Assembly: GCF_021234875.1 (NCBI RefSeq)
Contig: NZ_JAJQVM010000003.1
Location: 83,541-147,540, forward strand
Direction: 5' to 3'
Source: Marinibactrum halimedae
Lineage (GTDB): Bacteria > Pseudomonadota > Gammaproteobacteria > Pseudomonadales > Cellvibrionaceae
DNA: 64,000 bases
Shown: piece by piece, positions 39,698 through 50,455 of the stretch
Numbering within the stretch: the first letter of the stretch is position 1
Layout: the number at the start of each line of letters is the position of its first letter
The notes under the pieces: model-generated
What the model saw: the letters and a program-made list of their open reading frames with translations, nothing else
Databases searched by the model: none
Told to the model about the DNA's origin: nothing
Translations under genes and position numbers: made by a program

Positions 39698-40561
39698 TTA
39701 TGCCGCTTTATTATTATTGTTGTTGGTATCGTTATTTTTTTTTACGTCTGTTTTTATTTTAGAGGCAGGTTTTGTATCCTTTTTTGCGTGCTTTTCATGT
39801 AAAAATCGCAACACTTCGGCTCGATAATGATTGTAGGTGCTGTCGTCAGCGAGTACCAATCGATCTCGTGGGCGTTCTAGTTCAACTGTTAAAATTTCGC
39901 CAATGGTGGCGGCGGGGCCATTGGTCATCATCACAATTTTATCGGAAAGCAATACCGCTTCGTCCACATCGTGAGTGATCATGATAACGGTGTTATTTAA
40001 TTCTGCTTGAATTTCCATTAGAGAATCTTGCATGTGGGCACGCGTTAAGGCATCCAGTGCACCGAAGGGCTCATCCATTAACAAGACTTTGGGTTCCATA
40101 GCCAGTGCGCGAGCAATACCGATGCGCTGTTTCATGCCACCAGAAATTTCATCTGGGCGTTTATTCATGGCATGTCCCATATGAACAAGTTCTAGGTTGT
40201 GTACAGTCCATTCATGACGCTCTTTTTTGCTTTTTTTCTTGAATACTTGATCTACTGCCAGACGGACATTGTCATAACAAGTCAACCATGGGAAGAGAGA
40301 ATGGTTTTGAAAAACCACGGCCCTGTCTGGCCCTGGTTTGGTGACTTGCTTGCCTTGTAAAATAACACCACCTTGTGTGGCGTCGTATAAGCCCGCAACA
40401 ATATTTAAAACGGTGGATTTGCCACATCCAGAATGTCCGATAAGAGAAATAAATTCTCCTTTTTGTATCTTTAAATTGACATTATCGAGTGCCTTAAAAG
40501 GGCCCGCTGGTGTTGGAAACTCAATAGAAACGCCAGAGATGTCTAAATACGTTTGAGACAT
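39698..40561 (-). CDS. ABC transporter ATP-binding protein (nitrate/sulfonate/bicarbonate NrtD/SsuB type)
   Basis: Walker A GHSGCGKST, signature LSGGMKQR, Walker B LLMDEP. ATG at 40561 with an AGGAAG RBS. Confidence 0.8.
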   Translation of the reverse strand: MSQTYLDISGVSIEFPTPAGPFKALDNVNLKIQKGEFISLIGHSGCGKSTVLNIVAGLYDATQGGVILQGKQVTKPGPDRAVVFQNHSLFPWLTCYDNVRLAVDQVFKKKSKKERHEWTVHNLELVHMGHAMNKRPDEISGGMKQRIGIARALAMEPKVLLMDEPFGALDALTRAHMQDSLMEIQAELNNTVIMITHDVDEAVLLSDKIVMMTNGPAATIGEILTVELERPRDRLVLADDSTYNHYRAEVLRFLHEKHAKKDTKPASKIKTDVKKNNDTNNNNNKAA

Positions 40562-40777
40562 GAATTCTTCCTCTTTCGCTGTTTGGCGAAACATCTAGTG
40601 GCCAAGTGTGTCTGAATATATTTTTTGGCCGTTATGGTGAATGCTTTTATAAACTTAGTTTAGTGAAAACTGTATTGGCGGCATTGCAAACTTTTCATGA
40701 GTTCGATGTTTAATTAAATAACGTTTTCATAGTGCTTATTGAGTTTTGTTTTTGAAACTGGTGCGTTAGTGATGTCA

Positions 40778-41797
40778 TTAGCGTATGTCTTGAGTTTTGT
40801 CGTGTGAAACACTTTTTTGGAGCGTTAGCATGATTCGGTCTAGTAAGAAGCCAATACAGCCAATCACAAAGACGGCCACTAATATGCGCCCCAGAGAGTT
40901 AGAGCTGCCATTTTGGAACTCATCCCAAACAAATTTTCCAAGGCCGGGATTTTGTGCCAGCATCTCTGCTGCAATCAATACCATCCAGCCGACACCTAAT
41001 GATAAGCGCAACCCCGTAAAAATCATCGGAAGAGAGGCGGGTAAAACAACTTTAAAAATTTTATTGATCCAATTCAGTTGCAATACGCGACAGACGTTAA
41101 TGAAGTCTCGATCAATGCTGGACACCCCTACGGTTGTATTGATTAAGGTCGGCCATAGTGAACACAGTGTGACGGTTAATGCTGAGGTAATAAAAGATTT
41201 TGGTACTAATGGATCATCGGTTGTATAAACAGCACTAACGACCATGGTGACGATGGGGAGCCAGGCTAAAGGTGAGACGGGCCTGAAGATTTGTATTAAA
41301 GGGTTCAGGCCTGTATAAATAGTCGTATTTAAACCGCATATAATACCAATCGGAATGGCAATAGCGGTTGCGATAAAGAAGCCAAAAAATACTGTGTATA
41401 GGCTTGTGAATATTTGGTCAAAAAATGTTGGTGCGCCAGTATAGGCGCGAATTTTTTTCGGCTCTTTGCCTTTAGCAATGCGTTTTTCATTTCGATATTT
41501 TTGACGTTGATAAAAAGCGGCTTCTTTTTCTCGTGACGCTCTGTGTTCTTCAACAAGTGATTCAAATTGCGCCCAAGTTTGTGTGGGGCCGGGTAAATTC
41601 CCAAGGCTTGTGACAATACTTTTGGCCGCCACACTCCACAATAAAAGAAAAATAGCAAATGCAGCGATCGGTACGCCAATCACTTTGAACAATTCAGTGA
41701 TTTGTGCTTTGGGATTTCTTCCGGCCATGAGATTGACCAGTGGAATAAGCCAATTCATGCCGGTGAGTTCCAAAAAACGAATACTGCTGTTAATCAT
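40778..41797 (-). CDS. ABC transporter permease (NrtB/SsuC type) with an inserted cytoplasmic loop
   Basis: BPD_transp_1-type TM core. Carries an extra basic loop (…REKEAAFYQRQKYRNEKRIAKGKEPKK…). Confidence 0.75.
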   Translation of the reverse strand: MINSSIRFLELTGMNWLIPLVNLMAGRNPKAQITELFKVIGVPIAAFAIFLLLWSVAAKSIVTSLGNLPGPTQTWAQFESLVEEHRASREKEAAFYQRQKYRNEKRIAKGKEPKKIRAYTGAPTFFDQIFTSLYTVFFGFFIATAIAIPIGIICGLNTTIYTGLNPLIQIFRPVSPLAWLPIVTMVVSAVYTTDDPLVPKSFITSALTVTLCSLWPTLINTTVGVSSIDRDFINVCRVLQLNWINKIFKVVLPASLPMIFTGLRLSLGVGWMVLIAAEMLAQNPGLGKFVWDEFQNGSSNSLGRILVAVFVIGCIGFLLDRIMLTLQKSVSHDKTQDIR

Positions 41798-41905
41798 GGT
41801 GATGCCCTTTGGTGGATGTTACCACGCATTGTTACGGATAAATCAAAATTATTGTGGGTAAAATGTTGATTGTTTCTTGAGTGAATATGGTGAATAGAAA
41901 GGCTC

Positions 41906-41990
41906 CTAAATCTAGGCGAACTAAATCCAGGCGAACTAAATCCAGGCGAACTAAATCCAGGCGAACTAAATCCAGGCGAACTAAATCCAG
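41906..41990. repeat. 15-bp tandem repeat (CTAAATCCAGGCGAA) x5.6 between the nrtA stop and the nrtB start
   Basis: Five full copies (the first with one mismatch) plus a partial sixth, read directly from the sequence. It generates the artefactual LVRLD/KSRRT ORFs on both strands. Confidence 0.85.
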
Positions 41991-42055
41991 ACTGTCGTGC
42001 CTTTTCAAGGCGGCGGGTATCATCTATGACGCCCGCTGCCTTGAGGATATTAATT

Positions 42056-43468
42056 CTAGATAACCGTATCGCCTTTTAGTCCAATATTGAATTTTTTCAG
42101 ATAGTCATTTGGCTTGCGACCATCGTAGGTGATGCCATCGATAAAGTGCGTTTGTGGTGCTCTAAACCCATCGCTGTCGAAAGGAAAATCAGATTTTTTT
42201 AATTTTCCTTCTTTGATGAGTAATTCCGCCGCCTGTAGATAAATCTCTGGTTTGTAGACTTTCTTGGCAATATCCATATACCAGTTGTCTGATTTTGGTT
42301 CCGCAATTTGTCCCCAACGACGCATTTGTGTTAAGTACCAAATGGCATCGGAGTAGTAAGGGTAGGTCGCAAAGTAGCGGAAGAAAACATTGAAATCTGG
42401 CACATCGCGCTTGTCGCCTTTTTCGTATTCAAATGTACCCGTCATGGAGTTGGCAATCACATTGTAATCGGCGCCAACGTAATTGGGTTTTGAAAGAATT
42501 TTTACGGCGTCTGGACGGTTTTTGTTGTTGTCTTGATCTAACCAATGTGCTGCACGAATTAATGCTTTAACCACGGCTAGGTGGGTATTGGGATTTTCTT
42601 TGGCCCATTTGTTTGATACCCCAAACACTTTCTCGGGGTTGTCTTTCCAAATTTCGTAGTCGGTAACAACAGGTACACCAATTTTCTTGAAAACCGCTTG
42701 TTGGTTCCAAGGTTCTCCTACGCAGTAACCATAAATCGTACCGGCTTCAAGGGTGGCTGGCATTTGTGGTGGAGGGGTGACGGAAAGTAATGCATCGGCA
42801 TCAATGGTACCGCTGGTGTCGTCTTTATGTGGGGCATAATAGCCGGGGTGGATACCGCCTGCCGCTAGCCAGTAGCGTAGTTCATAGTTGTGTGTGGATA
42901 CCGGGAAAACCATACCCATATTAAACGGTTTTCCATCTGCTTTGTATTTTTCGACAACAGGCTTTAAGTAATCCGCTTTAATGGGGTGAACGGGTTTTCC
43001 ATCTTTGTGTGGCACATGTTTTTTCATCTCTTTCCAGATATCGTTAGAGACGGTGATGGCATTACCGTTTAAGTCCATGCTGAATGCGGTTACTACATGG
43101 GCTTGGGTGCCAAAGCCAATGGTGGCTCCTAATGGTTGGCCTGCCAACATATGTGCGCCATCTAACTGCCCGTCGATGACTCGATCCAGTAAGACTTTCC
43201 AATTCGCTTGTGCTTCTAATGTGACGTACAGGCCTTCATCTTCGAAATACCCATTTTCATAAGCAATGGCTAATGGGGCCATATCGGTGAGTTTAATAAA
43301 GCCAAATTTTAGGTCTTCTTTTTCTAACTCTAATTCTTCTGTTTCTGCAAAAGCGAGGCCTGCTTGCATCAAGGTTGCACACAATAAGGTGCCACACAGT
43401 TTGCGGGATAAAGAGGTAAATGACGCAGACAAAAGAGTGCGTGCGTTATGTGTTGGCGCGTGTTCCAT
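42056..43468 (-). CDS. ABC transporter periplasmic substrate-binding protein, NrtA/CmpA family (nitrate/bicarbonate type)
   Basis: 470 aa with a signal peptide and an NrtA-like fold (…[14 protein letters not shown]…). GAGGAG RBS before the ATG at 43468. Confidence 0.8.
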   Translation of the reverse strand: MEHAPTHNARTLLSASFTSLSRKLCGTLLCATLMQAGLAFAETEELELEKEDLKFGFIKLTDMAPLAIAYENGYFEDEGLYVTLEAQANWKVLLDRVIDGQLDGAHMLAGQPLGATIGFGTQAHVVTAFSMDLNGNAITVSNDIWKEMKKHVPHKDGKPVHPIKADYLKPVVEKYKADGKPFNMGMVFPVSTHNYELRYWLAAGGIHPGYYAPHKDDTSGTIDADALLSVTPPPQMPATLEAGTIYGYCVGEPWNQQAVFKKIGVPVVTDYEIWKDNPEKVFGVSNKWAKENPNTHLAVVKALIRAAHWLDQDNNKNRPDAVKILSKPNYVGADYNVIANSMTGTFEYEKGDKRDVPDFNVFFRYFATYPYYSDAIWYLTQMRRWGQIAEPKSDNWYMDIAKKVYKPEIYLQAAELLIKEGKLKKSDFPFDSDGFRAPQTHFIDGITYDGRKPNDYLKKFNIGLKGDTVI

Positions 43469-43567
43469 TTTGAGCTCCTCTACGGCAATGACAAATGAGC
43501 GAATGGCGTTAACCGATTTAGTCGTGATTTGTTGAATTGTTGAGCTTTTTGGTGCTGGCTAATGCAT

Positions 43568-43584
43568 CGCAAAAGCCTTGCCAA
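43568..43584 (-). promoter_or_regulatory. sigma-54 promoter for the nrtA-led operon
   Basis: The minus strand reads TTGGCAAGGCTTTTGCG (GG-N10-GC; consensus TGGCACG-N4-TTGCW), about 100 nt upstream of the nrtA ATG. Confidence 0.5.
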
Positions 43585-43869
43585 TTTGAAAAAAACGTTT
43601 TTTTCTGGAAAAAAATTAATAAAAACAGAGGGTTAAAGTCTTGAAGGGGGCTTTGCTGTGAATTTGCACGTTTTTCGTTGATGCACTTAAATGGCGTTAT
43701 ATTTTTTGTGGTGTACTTATTTGGTGTTTTTGTTTTAACTTTTTGTGTTCTTTTTCGATTTTGATTAATCTTTTTTTGCACCAATATGATACATTTTTGT
43801 TTGTTATTTTTTGTTTATTTATGGTGCATTATTTATTTTAAGGAAAATATAAGAGCAGTAATGATCTGC

Positions 43870-44691
43870 TCATTGGCGCTGAGCGTTAAATCGTATTTGC
43901 GCTGCTTCTAAGTCAGCGGGTGTATTGATATTGAAAAAAGGGTCTTCAGTGTGGTGATCAAAATTAGCTACTGAATAGGACTGTTGTGCTAGCCATTGCT
44001 TAAGACTGAACCTTGGATTCTTCGGTGTTATGTGTGATGCAGATGAGTTGCTCGATGTGAGTGATGCAGTTGGTATGGGTGAGGTGGGCGACTGAAGAAA
44101 AGAGGTCAGTGCGGGCAAAAGGTTGGTATGGAAAAGTCCGCAAAGAGGGTGAATTTTGTTGGCGTAAGACGATATTGCCATTTTAATCTGGTGAGGTTTT
44201 GGTGCTTCTTTTAATGAATCCAGAAGGTGTTTCAGATAATCACTGGGTAGGAAGGGGGTGTCGCAAGGGGCAGTAAGCAGCCAACCTCCCTGGCAGGAAG
44301 GAAACATCGAGCTATTTTCCCTTTCACCATCATCCTCTTTGCTGCCGGAGCATTGTGGCTCAACGGTGACTTTATTATTGGCCCATTGCAAGGCGGCCAA
44401 TAGTCCGCCTAGTGGTCCAATGGAGTTTGCATCTTGAATGATCGGTAGGCCTAATGCTTCAAACTGTAGGGTGTCTGCGGCAGAGGCGTGGGAAGTATTG
44501 ATGGCAATGTTTTTTGGCGAAGAGAGGGTTAAGCGTTGAATCACTCGCAGAATGAGAGCCGTATTATCAATCGTCACAAAGGGCTTCAGTGGTTGATTAT
44601 TGCTTTCCTCTTTTAACCTTGTTCCACGCCCTCCGGCAATAACACAGGCAAGAACTGGAAGGGATGTCGTTTTAGTAGATACTGATGTCAT
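43870..44691 (-). CDS. mobA: molybdenum cofactor guanylyltransferase with a C-terminal extension of about 80 aa
   Basis: N-terminal LACVIAGGRGTRL… MobA motif. 273 aa, against about 195 aa typical. Confidence 0.75.
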   Translation of the reverse strand: MTSVSTKTTSLPVLACVIAGGRGTRLKEESNNQPLKPFVTIDNTALILRVIQRLTLSSPKNIAINTSHASAADTLQFEALGLPIIQDANSIGPLGGLLAALQWANNKVTVEPQCSGSKEDDGERENSSMFPSCQGGWLLTAPCDTPFLPSDYLKHLLDSLKEAPKPHQIKMAISSYANKIHPLCGLFHTNLLPALTSFLQSPTSPIPTASLTSSNSSASHITPKNPRFSLKQWLAQQSYSVANFDHHTEDPFFNINTPADLEAAQIRFNAQRQ

Positions 44692-44851
44692 GATGTATGG
44701 ATGTTGTTTAAGTAATAATTAGGTTAAAGGTGGCCCTCAACCATCAAGTAGGTGCTTAGTTGGTGTCTGAGATTAACCTACTGTGCTGATGAGAATATAC
44801 TGCCGAATCGTCGATCTTAACTGACCCGTATGAGAATAGTGTTGATAAGTG

Positions 44852-45493
44852 ATGAGTAAAGATATTCAAGATTTAAGAAGAGAGTACACCTTGAGTCAAC
44901 TGACGCGAGAAAGCTTATTGGATAACCCGGTAGAACAATTTCAGTTGTGGCTAAAGCAGGCGATAGAGTTTGGTTTGAAGGACCCTACCGCCATGACGGT
45001 GGCGACGGTGGATGAACAAGGCCAGCCCTCTCAGCGGATCGTGCTACTTAAACACGTTGATGATAATGGGTTTGTTTTTTACACGAACTACAGTAGCCGA
45101 AAAGCGGAGGAGTTGGGGAAAAACCCGAAGATCAGTTTGCACTTCCCTTGGCATGCGATGGAGCGTCAAGTCAAAGTGTGTGGTGTGGCAGAGAAGGTAT
45201 CCGCTAAAGAGTCATTGGCGTATTTCAGTTCTCGCCCTAAGGAAAGCCAATTGGCGGCATGGGCCTCTGCGCAGAGCCGTCCAATTAGCTCTCGTACCGC
45301 ACTGATGCAACAATTTGCGCGTATGAAAGAAAAATTTGCAAAAGGGCAGATACCTTTACCCGATTTTTGGGGAGGCTATCGTGTGCAGTTTCATGAGATT
45401 GAGTTTTGGCAAGGAGGCAGTGCTCGATTGCATGATCGTTTTGTTTATCAACGTCGGGGTGAGGAGTGGAGCATTGAGCGGCTAATGCCGTGA
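44852..45493 (+). CDS. pdxH: pyridoxamine 5'-phosphate oxidase
   Basis: Full-length PNPOx (…[24 protein letters not shown]…), C-terminus …[21 protein letters not shown]. Confidence 0.9.
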   Translation: MSKDIQDLRREYTLSQLTRESLLDNPVEQFQLWLKQAIEFGLKDPTAMTVATVDEQGQPSQRIVLLKHVDDNGFVFYTNYSSRKAEELGKNPKISLHFPWHAMERQVKVCGVAEKVSAKESLAYFSSRPKESQLAAWASAQSRPISSRTALMQQFARMKEKFAKGQIPLPDFWGGYRVQFHEIEFWQGGSARLHDRFVYQRRGEEWSIERLMP

Positions 45494-45507
45494 GAGTAAC
45501 TTTAATA

Positions 45508-45540
45508 AAGACGATTAAATGTTAAACATTTAATCGTCTT
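45508..45540. terminator. 14-bp perfect AT-rich palindrome between convergent pdxH and the RHH gene
   Basis: AAGACGATTAAATGTT aaa CATTTAATCGTCTT. Confidence 0.45.
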
Positions 45541-45727
45541 GTGATGTATCTCCGTGCTCTTCCAAGAAATTACGAATGAAGCGCCGTATTTCTCTGGCTG
45601 CACTGGTGTCTAAATCTTCGCAGCGTTGGACAAACGCATCGCGTTCGACGTCATTAATGCGAATAATTAATTGACTGTTTTTTTTATTTTTCTTCTCCGA
45701 CTTATCGTCTTTCGACTTTGGGGGCAC
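45530..45727 (-). CDS. small basic protein, possible ribbon-helix-helix regulator
   Basis: 65 aa: Lys-rich N-terminus then …LIIRINDVERDAFVQRCEDLDTSAAREIRRFIRNFL…. Confidence 0.45.
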   Translation of the reverse strand: MPPKSKDDKSEKKNKKNSQLIIRINDVERDAFVQRCEDLDTSAAREIRRFIRNFLEEHGDTSQDD

Positions 45728-45892
45728 GGGCTTACCTCAGTTGTGTCACGATCAGACAGCCACGCTACACCATTGTTCGCTAAATGTATATACGATAATA
45801 ATATAACGCAGAGAGAAAGATAGTTGTATTTGTAACGGTTGGCAAAAAGGTAAATAGGTCGTCTTTGCGGGCTTCAAGGTATCGTTAGGTGG

Positions 45893-45929
45893 CCCATTGC
45901 CTTGGCAGTTTTACCACCAAGGCAATGGG
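45893..45929. repeat. 13-bp perfect inverted repeat (hairpin)
   Basis: CCCATTGCCTTGG-N11-CCAAGGCAATGGG followed by TTTT. Confidence 0.4.
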
Positions 45930-45986
45930 TTTTAGCCTTCTTGGTCGTCCATAAGGGGGCAGCCTTAAAGACGGATAGACCTTAAA

Positions 45987-46034
45987 GACGATTAGTCTCA
46001 GTAGAGGTCCGACGATTAGTCTCAGTAGAGGTCC
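45987..46034. repeat. 24-bp tandem duplication (GACGATTAGTCTCAGTAGAGGTCC x2) just 3' of valS
   Basis: Two perfect copies, preceded by a related CCTTAAAGACG x2 motif. Confidence 0.8.
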
Positions 46035-46046
46035 GTTTCTGAAACC

Positions 46047-48902
46047 TTATCGTAATGCAGCGATTTTACTTTTTTGATTGGCTAGGGTCTTCAGAGAGTA
46101 TTGGTAATCTGCCAGCTTTTCTTTCTCTTTATTGACGACTTCTACGGGCGCCTTATCGACAAATTTAGGGTTGTTTAATTTTCCTTCTAAGCGCTTAATT
46201 TCTTTCTCTAATTTGTCAGACTCTTTTTGCAGGCGTGCCAGTTCTGCGTCGACATCAATTAGCCCGGCCATGGGTATCAGAACTTCCATTTCGCCGACCA
46301 ATGCTTTGGCGGAAAGTGGTTCTTCACTGTCTTCTTGCCACTGTAATGTTTCTAGGTTGGCGAGTTTGATAAGAAAGGCGCGATTTTCTTCGATGCGACG
46401 TGTGGCAGTGTCGTCAGCGTTTTTCATTAGCGCAGGCAGTTTTTTGCCCGGCGGTATTTTCATTTCACCACGGAGATTTCGAACGGCGGTGATGACTTCC
46501 TTCAACCACTCCATATCGGCAATGGCGTTATCATCAATTTTGCTGGAATCCGCTTGTGGGTATTCGGTGTACATGATGGTATCACCAGAAGTACCCGCTA
46601 ATGTTTTCACTTTCTGCCACAGCTCTTCGGTAATGAAGGGCATTAATGGATGTGCAAGACGAAGTGCGGTTTCCAAAACTCGTACTAAGGTTCGGCGAGT
46701 GCCGCGTTTTTGTTCAGCTGTGTAGTCGTCTCCGGTGAGCACGGGTTTGGACAGCTCTAAATACCATGCACAGAATTCATCCCAGAAAAATTGTTGAATG
46801 GCTTGAGATGCCAAGTCAAAACGGTAAGTGTTAAAGGCTTGCTCGACGTCGGTTTCAGCGTGTTGCAAGCGTCCAATAATCCAGCGGTCTGCCAAAGATA
46901 GCTCGTAGTGGTTGGAGCCGTCTTGGCCACAATCTTCGTTTTCACAGTTACTTAACACGAAGTTGGCGGCATTCCAGATTTTGTTACAGAAGTTTCGGAA
47001 CCCTTCAATTCGCCCTACGTCGAAATTAATGTCTCGGCCTGTGGAGGCGAGTGAGTAGAAGGTATAACGAAGCGCATCCGTACCGTACCCGCTGATGCCA
47101 TCGGGGAATTCCTTGCGCGTTTGTTTTTCAATTTTTTCACGTAAATGCGGCACCATCATGCCCGAGGTGCGTTTTTTGACGAGGGTTTCTAAATCGATGC
47201 CGTCAATCAAATCAATGGGGTCTAATACATTCCCTTTTGATTTGGACATTTTCTGGCCTTGGCTGTCACGAACTAAACCATGGACATAAACGGTATGGAA
47301 AGGCACGTCCTTTTGGAAGTGCAGGGTGAGCATGATCATCCGGGCAACCCAGAAGAAAATAATGTCGAAACCGGTCACCAATACGGAGCTGGGGTGGAAG
47401 GTTTTGAGCATTTCAGTTTGTTCTGGCCAGCCTAGAGTGCCAAAGGTCCATAAGCCTGATGAGAACCAAGTATCGAGAACGTCGTTGTCTTGACGCAAGG
47501 TAATGTCATCAGCTAACCCGTGCTTTTCACGAATCTCTTCTTCAGTACGGCCAACATAAACCTTACCGTCGTTGTCGTACCAAGCCGGAATACGATGTCC
47601 CCACCATAGCTGGCGAGAGATACACCAATCTTGAATATCACGCATCCAAGCAAAGTACATGTTTTCGTATTGTTTGGGGACGAACTCGATATCCCCGCCT
47701 TCCACTGCGGCAATGGCTTTGTCGGCTAAGGGTTGGGTTTTTACATACCATTGATCGGTAAGGTAAGGCTCGATCACTACGCCAGAGCGATCTCCGTAAG
47801 GCACTTTTAACTTGTGTGGCTCGATTTTTTCCAGTAATTCTAGCGCTTCAAAATCGGCAACGATTTGTTTGCGCGCAGCAAAGCGCTCTAAGCCTCGATA
47901 CGCTTCTGGGACGTTGTCGTTTAAGTGAGCCGTGTCATCCAAAATGTTAATCATTGGTAGGTTGTGGCGCTGGCCCATTTCATAATCGTTGAAATCGTGG
48001 GCAGGGGTGATTTTTACACAGCCAGTGCCAAATTCTTTGTCGACGTAGTCATCGGCAATAATCGGAATCTCACGCCCAACGATAGGCAGAGTAATGGTTT
48101 TGCCAATTAAATCCTGATAGCGTTCATCTTCTGGGTGAACGGCAACGGCGGTATCACCGAGCATGGTTTCCGGTCGAGTGGTGGCAACCACTAAATGGCC
48201 AGAGCCATCGGTCAGTGGGTAGCGGAAATGCCACAAGTGACCATCGCTTTCTTTGTTTAAGACTTCGAGATCGGAGACGGCGGTTTTTAATTTCGGGTCC
48301 CAGTTCACGAGACGTTTACCGCGATAAATTAAGCCGTCTTCATACAAGCGAATAAATACTTCCTGTACCGCTTTGTAAAAGCCATCGTCCATGGTGAAAC
48401 GCTCACGGCTCCAATCAGGGGAGGCACCCAGTCGCCGTAATTGTTTGGTGATGTGGCCGCCAGAATGTTCTTTCCATTCCCAAATACGCTCAATAAACTT
48501 TTCGCGCCCAAGGGCATGACGATCTGTGCCTTCTTCGGCCAGTAAACGCTCTACCACCATTTGGGTGGCAATACCCGCGTGGTCAGTACCCACTTGCCAT
48601 AAGGTGTTTTTACCACGCATGCGCTGGTAACGAATAAGGGCATCCATAATGGATTCTTGAAAACCATGCCCCATGTGCAAGTACCCGGTGACGTTGGGTG
48701 GTGGAATCATAATGCTATAAGGGTCACCCGAACCTTGAGGCGCAAAATAACCTTGGGATTCCCAGTGCTGATATAACGGCTGCTCAATATTACCGGGCTG
48801 GTAAGTCTTGTCTTGCGAGCTATTGTCTTGGGTACTGCTGCCTTGAGTGCTGCTGTCGGTATGAGCGTTATTTTCGGTGTTCGGCGTTTGCGTATTTGAC
48901 AT
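46047..48902 (-). CDS. valS: valine--tRNA ligase
   Basis: 951 aa with HIGH (HMGH) and KMSKS motifs. Carries an N-terminal S/T/Q-rich extension of about 30 aa before the conserved [17 protein letters not shown]. Confidence 0.9.
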   Translation of the reverse strand: MSNTQTPNTENNAHTDSSTQGSSTQDNSSQDKTYQPGNIEQPLYQHWESQGYFAPQGSGDPYSIMIPPPNVTGYLHMGHGFQESIMDALIRYQRMRGKNTLWQVGTDHAGIATQMVVERLLAEEGTDRHALGREKFIERIWEWKEHSGGHITKQLRRLGASPDWSRERFTMDDGFYKAVQEVFIRLYEDGLIYRGKRLVNWDPKLKTAVSDLEVLNKESDGHLWHFRYPLTDGSGHLVVATTRPETMLGDTAVAVHPEDERYQDLIGKTITLPIVGREIPIIADDYVDKEFGTGCVKITPAHDFNDYEMGQRHNLPMINILDDTAHLNDNVPEAYRGLERFAARKQIVADFEALELLEKIEPHKLKVPYGDRSGVVIEPYLTDQWYVKTQPLADKAIAAVEGGDIEFVPKQYENMYFAWMRDIQDWCISRQLWWGHRIPAWYDNDGKVYVGRTEEEIREKHGLADDITLRQDNDVLDTWFSSGLWTFGTLGWPEQTEMLKTFHPSSVLVTGFDIIFFWVARMIMLTLHFQKDVPFHTVYVHGLVRDSQGQKMSKSKGNVLDPIDLIDGIDLETLVKKRTSGMMVPHLREKIEKQTRKEFPDGISGYGTDALRYTFYSLASTGRDINFDVGRIEGFRNFCNKIWNAANFVLSNCENEDCGQDGSNHYELSLADRWIIGRLQHAETDVEQAFNTYRFDLASQAIQQFFWDEFCAWYLELSKPVLTGDDYTAEQKRGTRRTLVRVLETALRLAHPLMPFITEELWQKVKTLAGTSGDTIMYTEYPQADSSKIDDNAIADMEWLKEVITAVRNLRGEMKIPPGKKLPALMKNADDTATRRIEENRAFLIKLANLETLQWQEDSEEPLSAKALVGEMEVLIPMAGLIDVDAELARLQKESDKLEKEIKRLEGKLNNPKFVDKAPVEVVNKEKEKLADYQYSLKTLANQKSKIAALR

Positions 48903-49132
48903 TGCGATTATTGAGGTCTCTTGATTGGCAATACGGATTGATCTTTTATTGCTGGTTTCCGTATGAATTTTAATCTGTGTAAAGGATTTCTCTACTTTAA
49001 ACTTCCTAGTATACCTCGCGTGGTCGAGACAGCCTAGATTATGGGGGTGGGAACAAGAGGTAATTTATTCTTGAGGGGGATGATGCTTTCCTTGAGCCCC
49101 TTCTTTTTTATTAAATGCTTTCTGGACATGTT

Positions 49133-49849
49133 CTATTTAGGTGGTTTCTCTTTACCTCTCTTGTCTTTAGTCGAGAAAGTATTCAAAAGTTCTTGTCGCA
49201 ATTGTTCTTTTAGGCTTGGCAGTAAACGCTCAACCAGTGAGTCCACTGTTGCTTGTAAGGCTGTATTAGAGAGGGCCATGCCCTGATCAGTGAAGCTTTT
49301 TTCTTTTACAACTTCCTCTAAAGCGGTTGTTGTTAAAGAAGGGGAGGCGGTTTGTGTTGTCGCTCGGCAGTGAGCGGGTAAATAAGGGTTTTTTTCACGC
49401 AGACTCTGCTTTTGTTGAAGAGCAGATCTTGATGTTCCGTTTGTTGTTATTAAGTGGTTTGTCGAAGTTTTGTTTGTTGTAACGTCGTGTGCCGAAGCTT
49501 TGAGGGATTGGGTGCTCATTATGGAGCGATCAGCTACCCCCGTTGCCCGTGATGCACAAGTACGTAGTTTGGATGTGGGGCTCAGGGGTTTATCGTGAGT
49601 ACTAAAAGACGTATTAGTTTGGTAACGACGCAACCGTTCTAGTTGTGATGAAAGTGTATCGGACAGCAGTCGTAGTTCTTCTAGAGTTTGTTGTGAAGCG
49701 GTGAAGGTGGTAGGCGTATTGGAATGAGTTAGGTCAGCTTTATCCTGCAAAATAGGAATGTGTGCGTCATCGAGTAACCCAGAAATGGATTCCAGCTCGA
49801 TCAGTAAATGCTTATCTCCAAAGGAGTCTTCTGGTGTATAACTGGCCAT
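49133..49849 (-). CDS. hypothetical low-complexity (S/T-rich) protein between holC and valS
   Basis: 238-aa ORF co-oriented with its neighbours. No recognisable domain. Confidence 0.4.
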   Translation of the reverse strand: MASYTPEDSFGDKHLLIELESISGLLDDAHIPILQDKADLTHSNTPTTFTASQQTLEELRLLSDTLSSQLERLRRYQTNTSFSTHDKPLSPTSKLRTCASRATGVADRSIMSTQSLKASAHDVTTNKTSTNHLITTNGTSRSALQQKQSLREKNPYLPAHCRATTQTASPSLTTTALEEVVKEKSFTDQGMALSNTALQATVDSLVERLLPSLKEQLRQELLNTFSTKDKRGKEKPPK

Positions 49850-50386
49850 AGTGACTTAGCTCCCACCTCAATAGAATTATGTTGCCTTTCCTATTTCACA
49901 TGCTCATGGTCTTTGAGTATGCAATTTGTCTTGGGCCAGAAAGGCATTCTCTAAAAGGCATTAACTGAAAACAGTATTTAAAAAGCAGCTTTAAACAATA
50001 GAGTGAAAAAGCAGTACCGAATAAATGTTGTGCAAGGTCATTACATAAAGGCATTGGTTAGGTGTGCCGTGGTTCCTTTGCAAAACGTGCAATGATATAG
50101 CGTCTTCGGGATGGCTGATGTGGATTAGACCACGGCATCGCACAATTTTGTGATCGAAATATTTACAGTTTTGCCTTAAATGGGTAGAAAAACAATGACC
50201 GACAGGTCAATAAATGCGTAAATTTTTGTTTCTTGGCATTAAATGTAGGTAATTAGAAGAGCTGAAAACAATAGGCGCCGTTCCTAAATAACATCACTGC
50301 CAAATAGCCAGAAATACTAAATAGCCACCACTACTGTAAGGCATGATTTCTTGCCTGTTCACTCTGGCAAAATCGATGGGCTTTAT

Positions 50387-50455
50387 TTAGGAGTTCCATG
50401 TTGGTTAGGAGCTCATTTTAGTTAGGAACTCATGTTAGTTAGGAACCCATGTTAA
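50387..50455. repeat. 17-bp tandem repeat x4 (TTAGGARCYCATKTTRG) overlapping the holC stop codon
   Basis: Four degenerate copies. The last encodes the HolC C-terminus (…INMGS*) and the others lie in the 3' UTR. Confidence 0.75.

Noticed and set aside
41832-42063. ORFs encoding LVRLDLVRLD… and KSRRTKSRRT… repeats
   Set aside because: They are a direct consequence of translating the 15-bp tandem DNA repeat on both strands, and the region is an intercistronic spacer.
46132-48517. Several ORFs antisense to valS (for example 46132..46725)
   Set aside because: They are embedded in a 951-aa conserved aminoacyl-tRNA synthetase gene and their translations are low-complexity.
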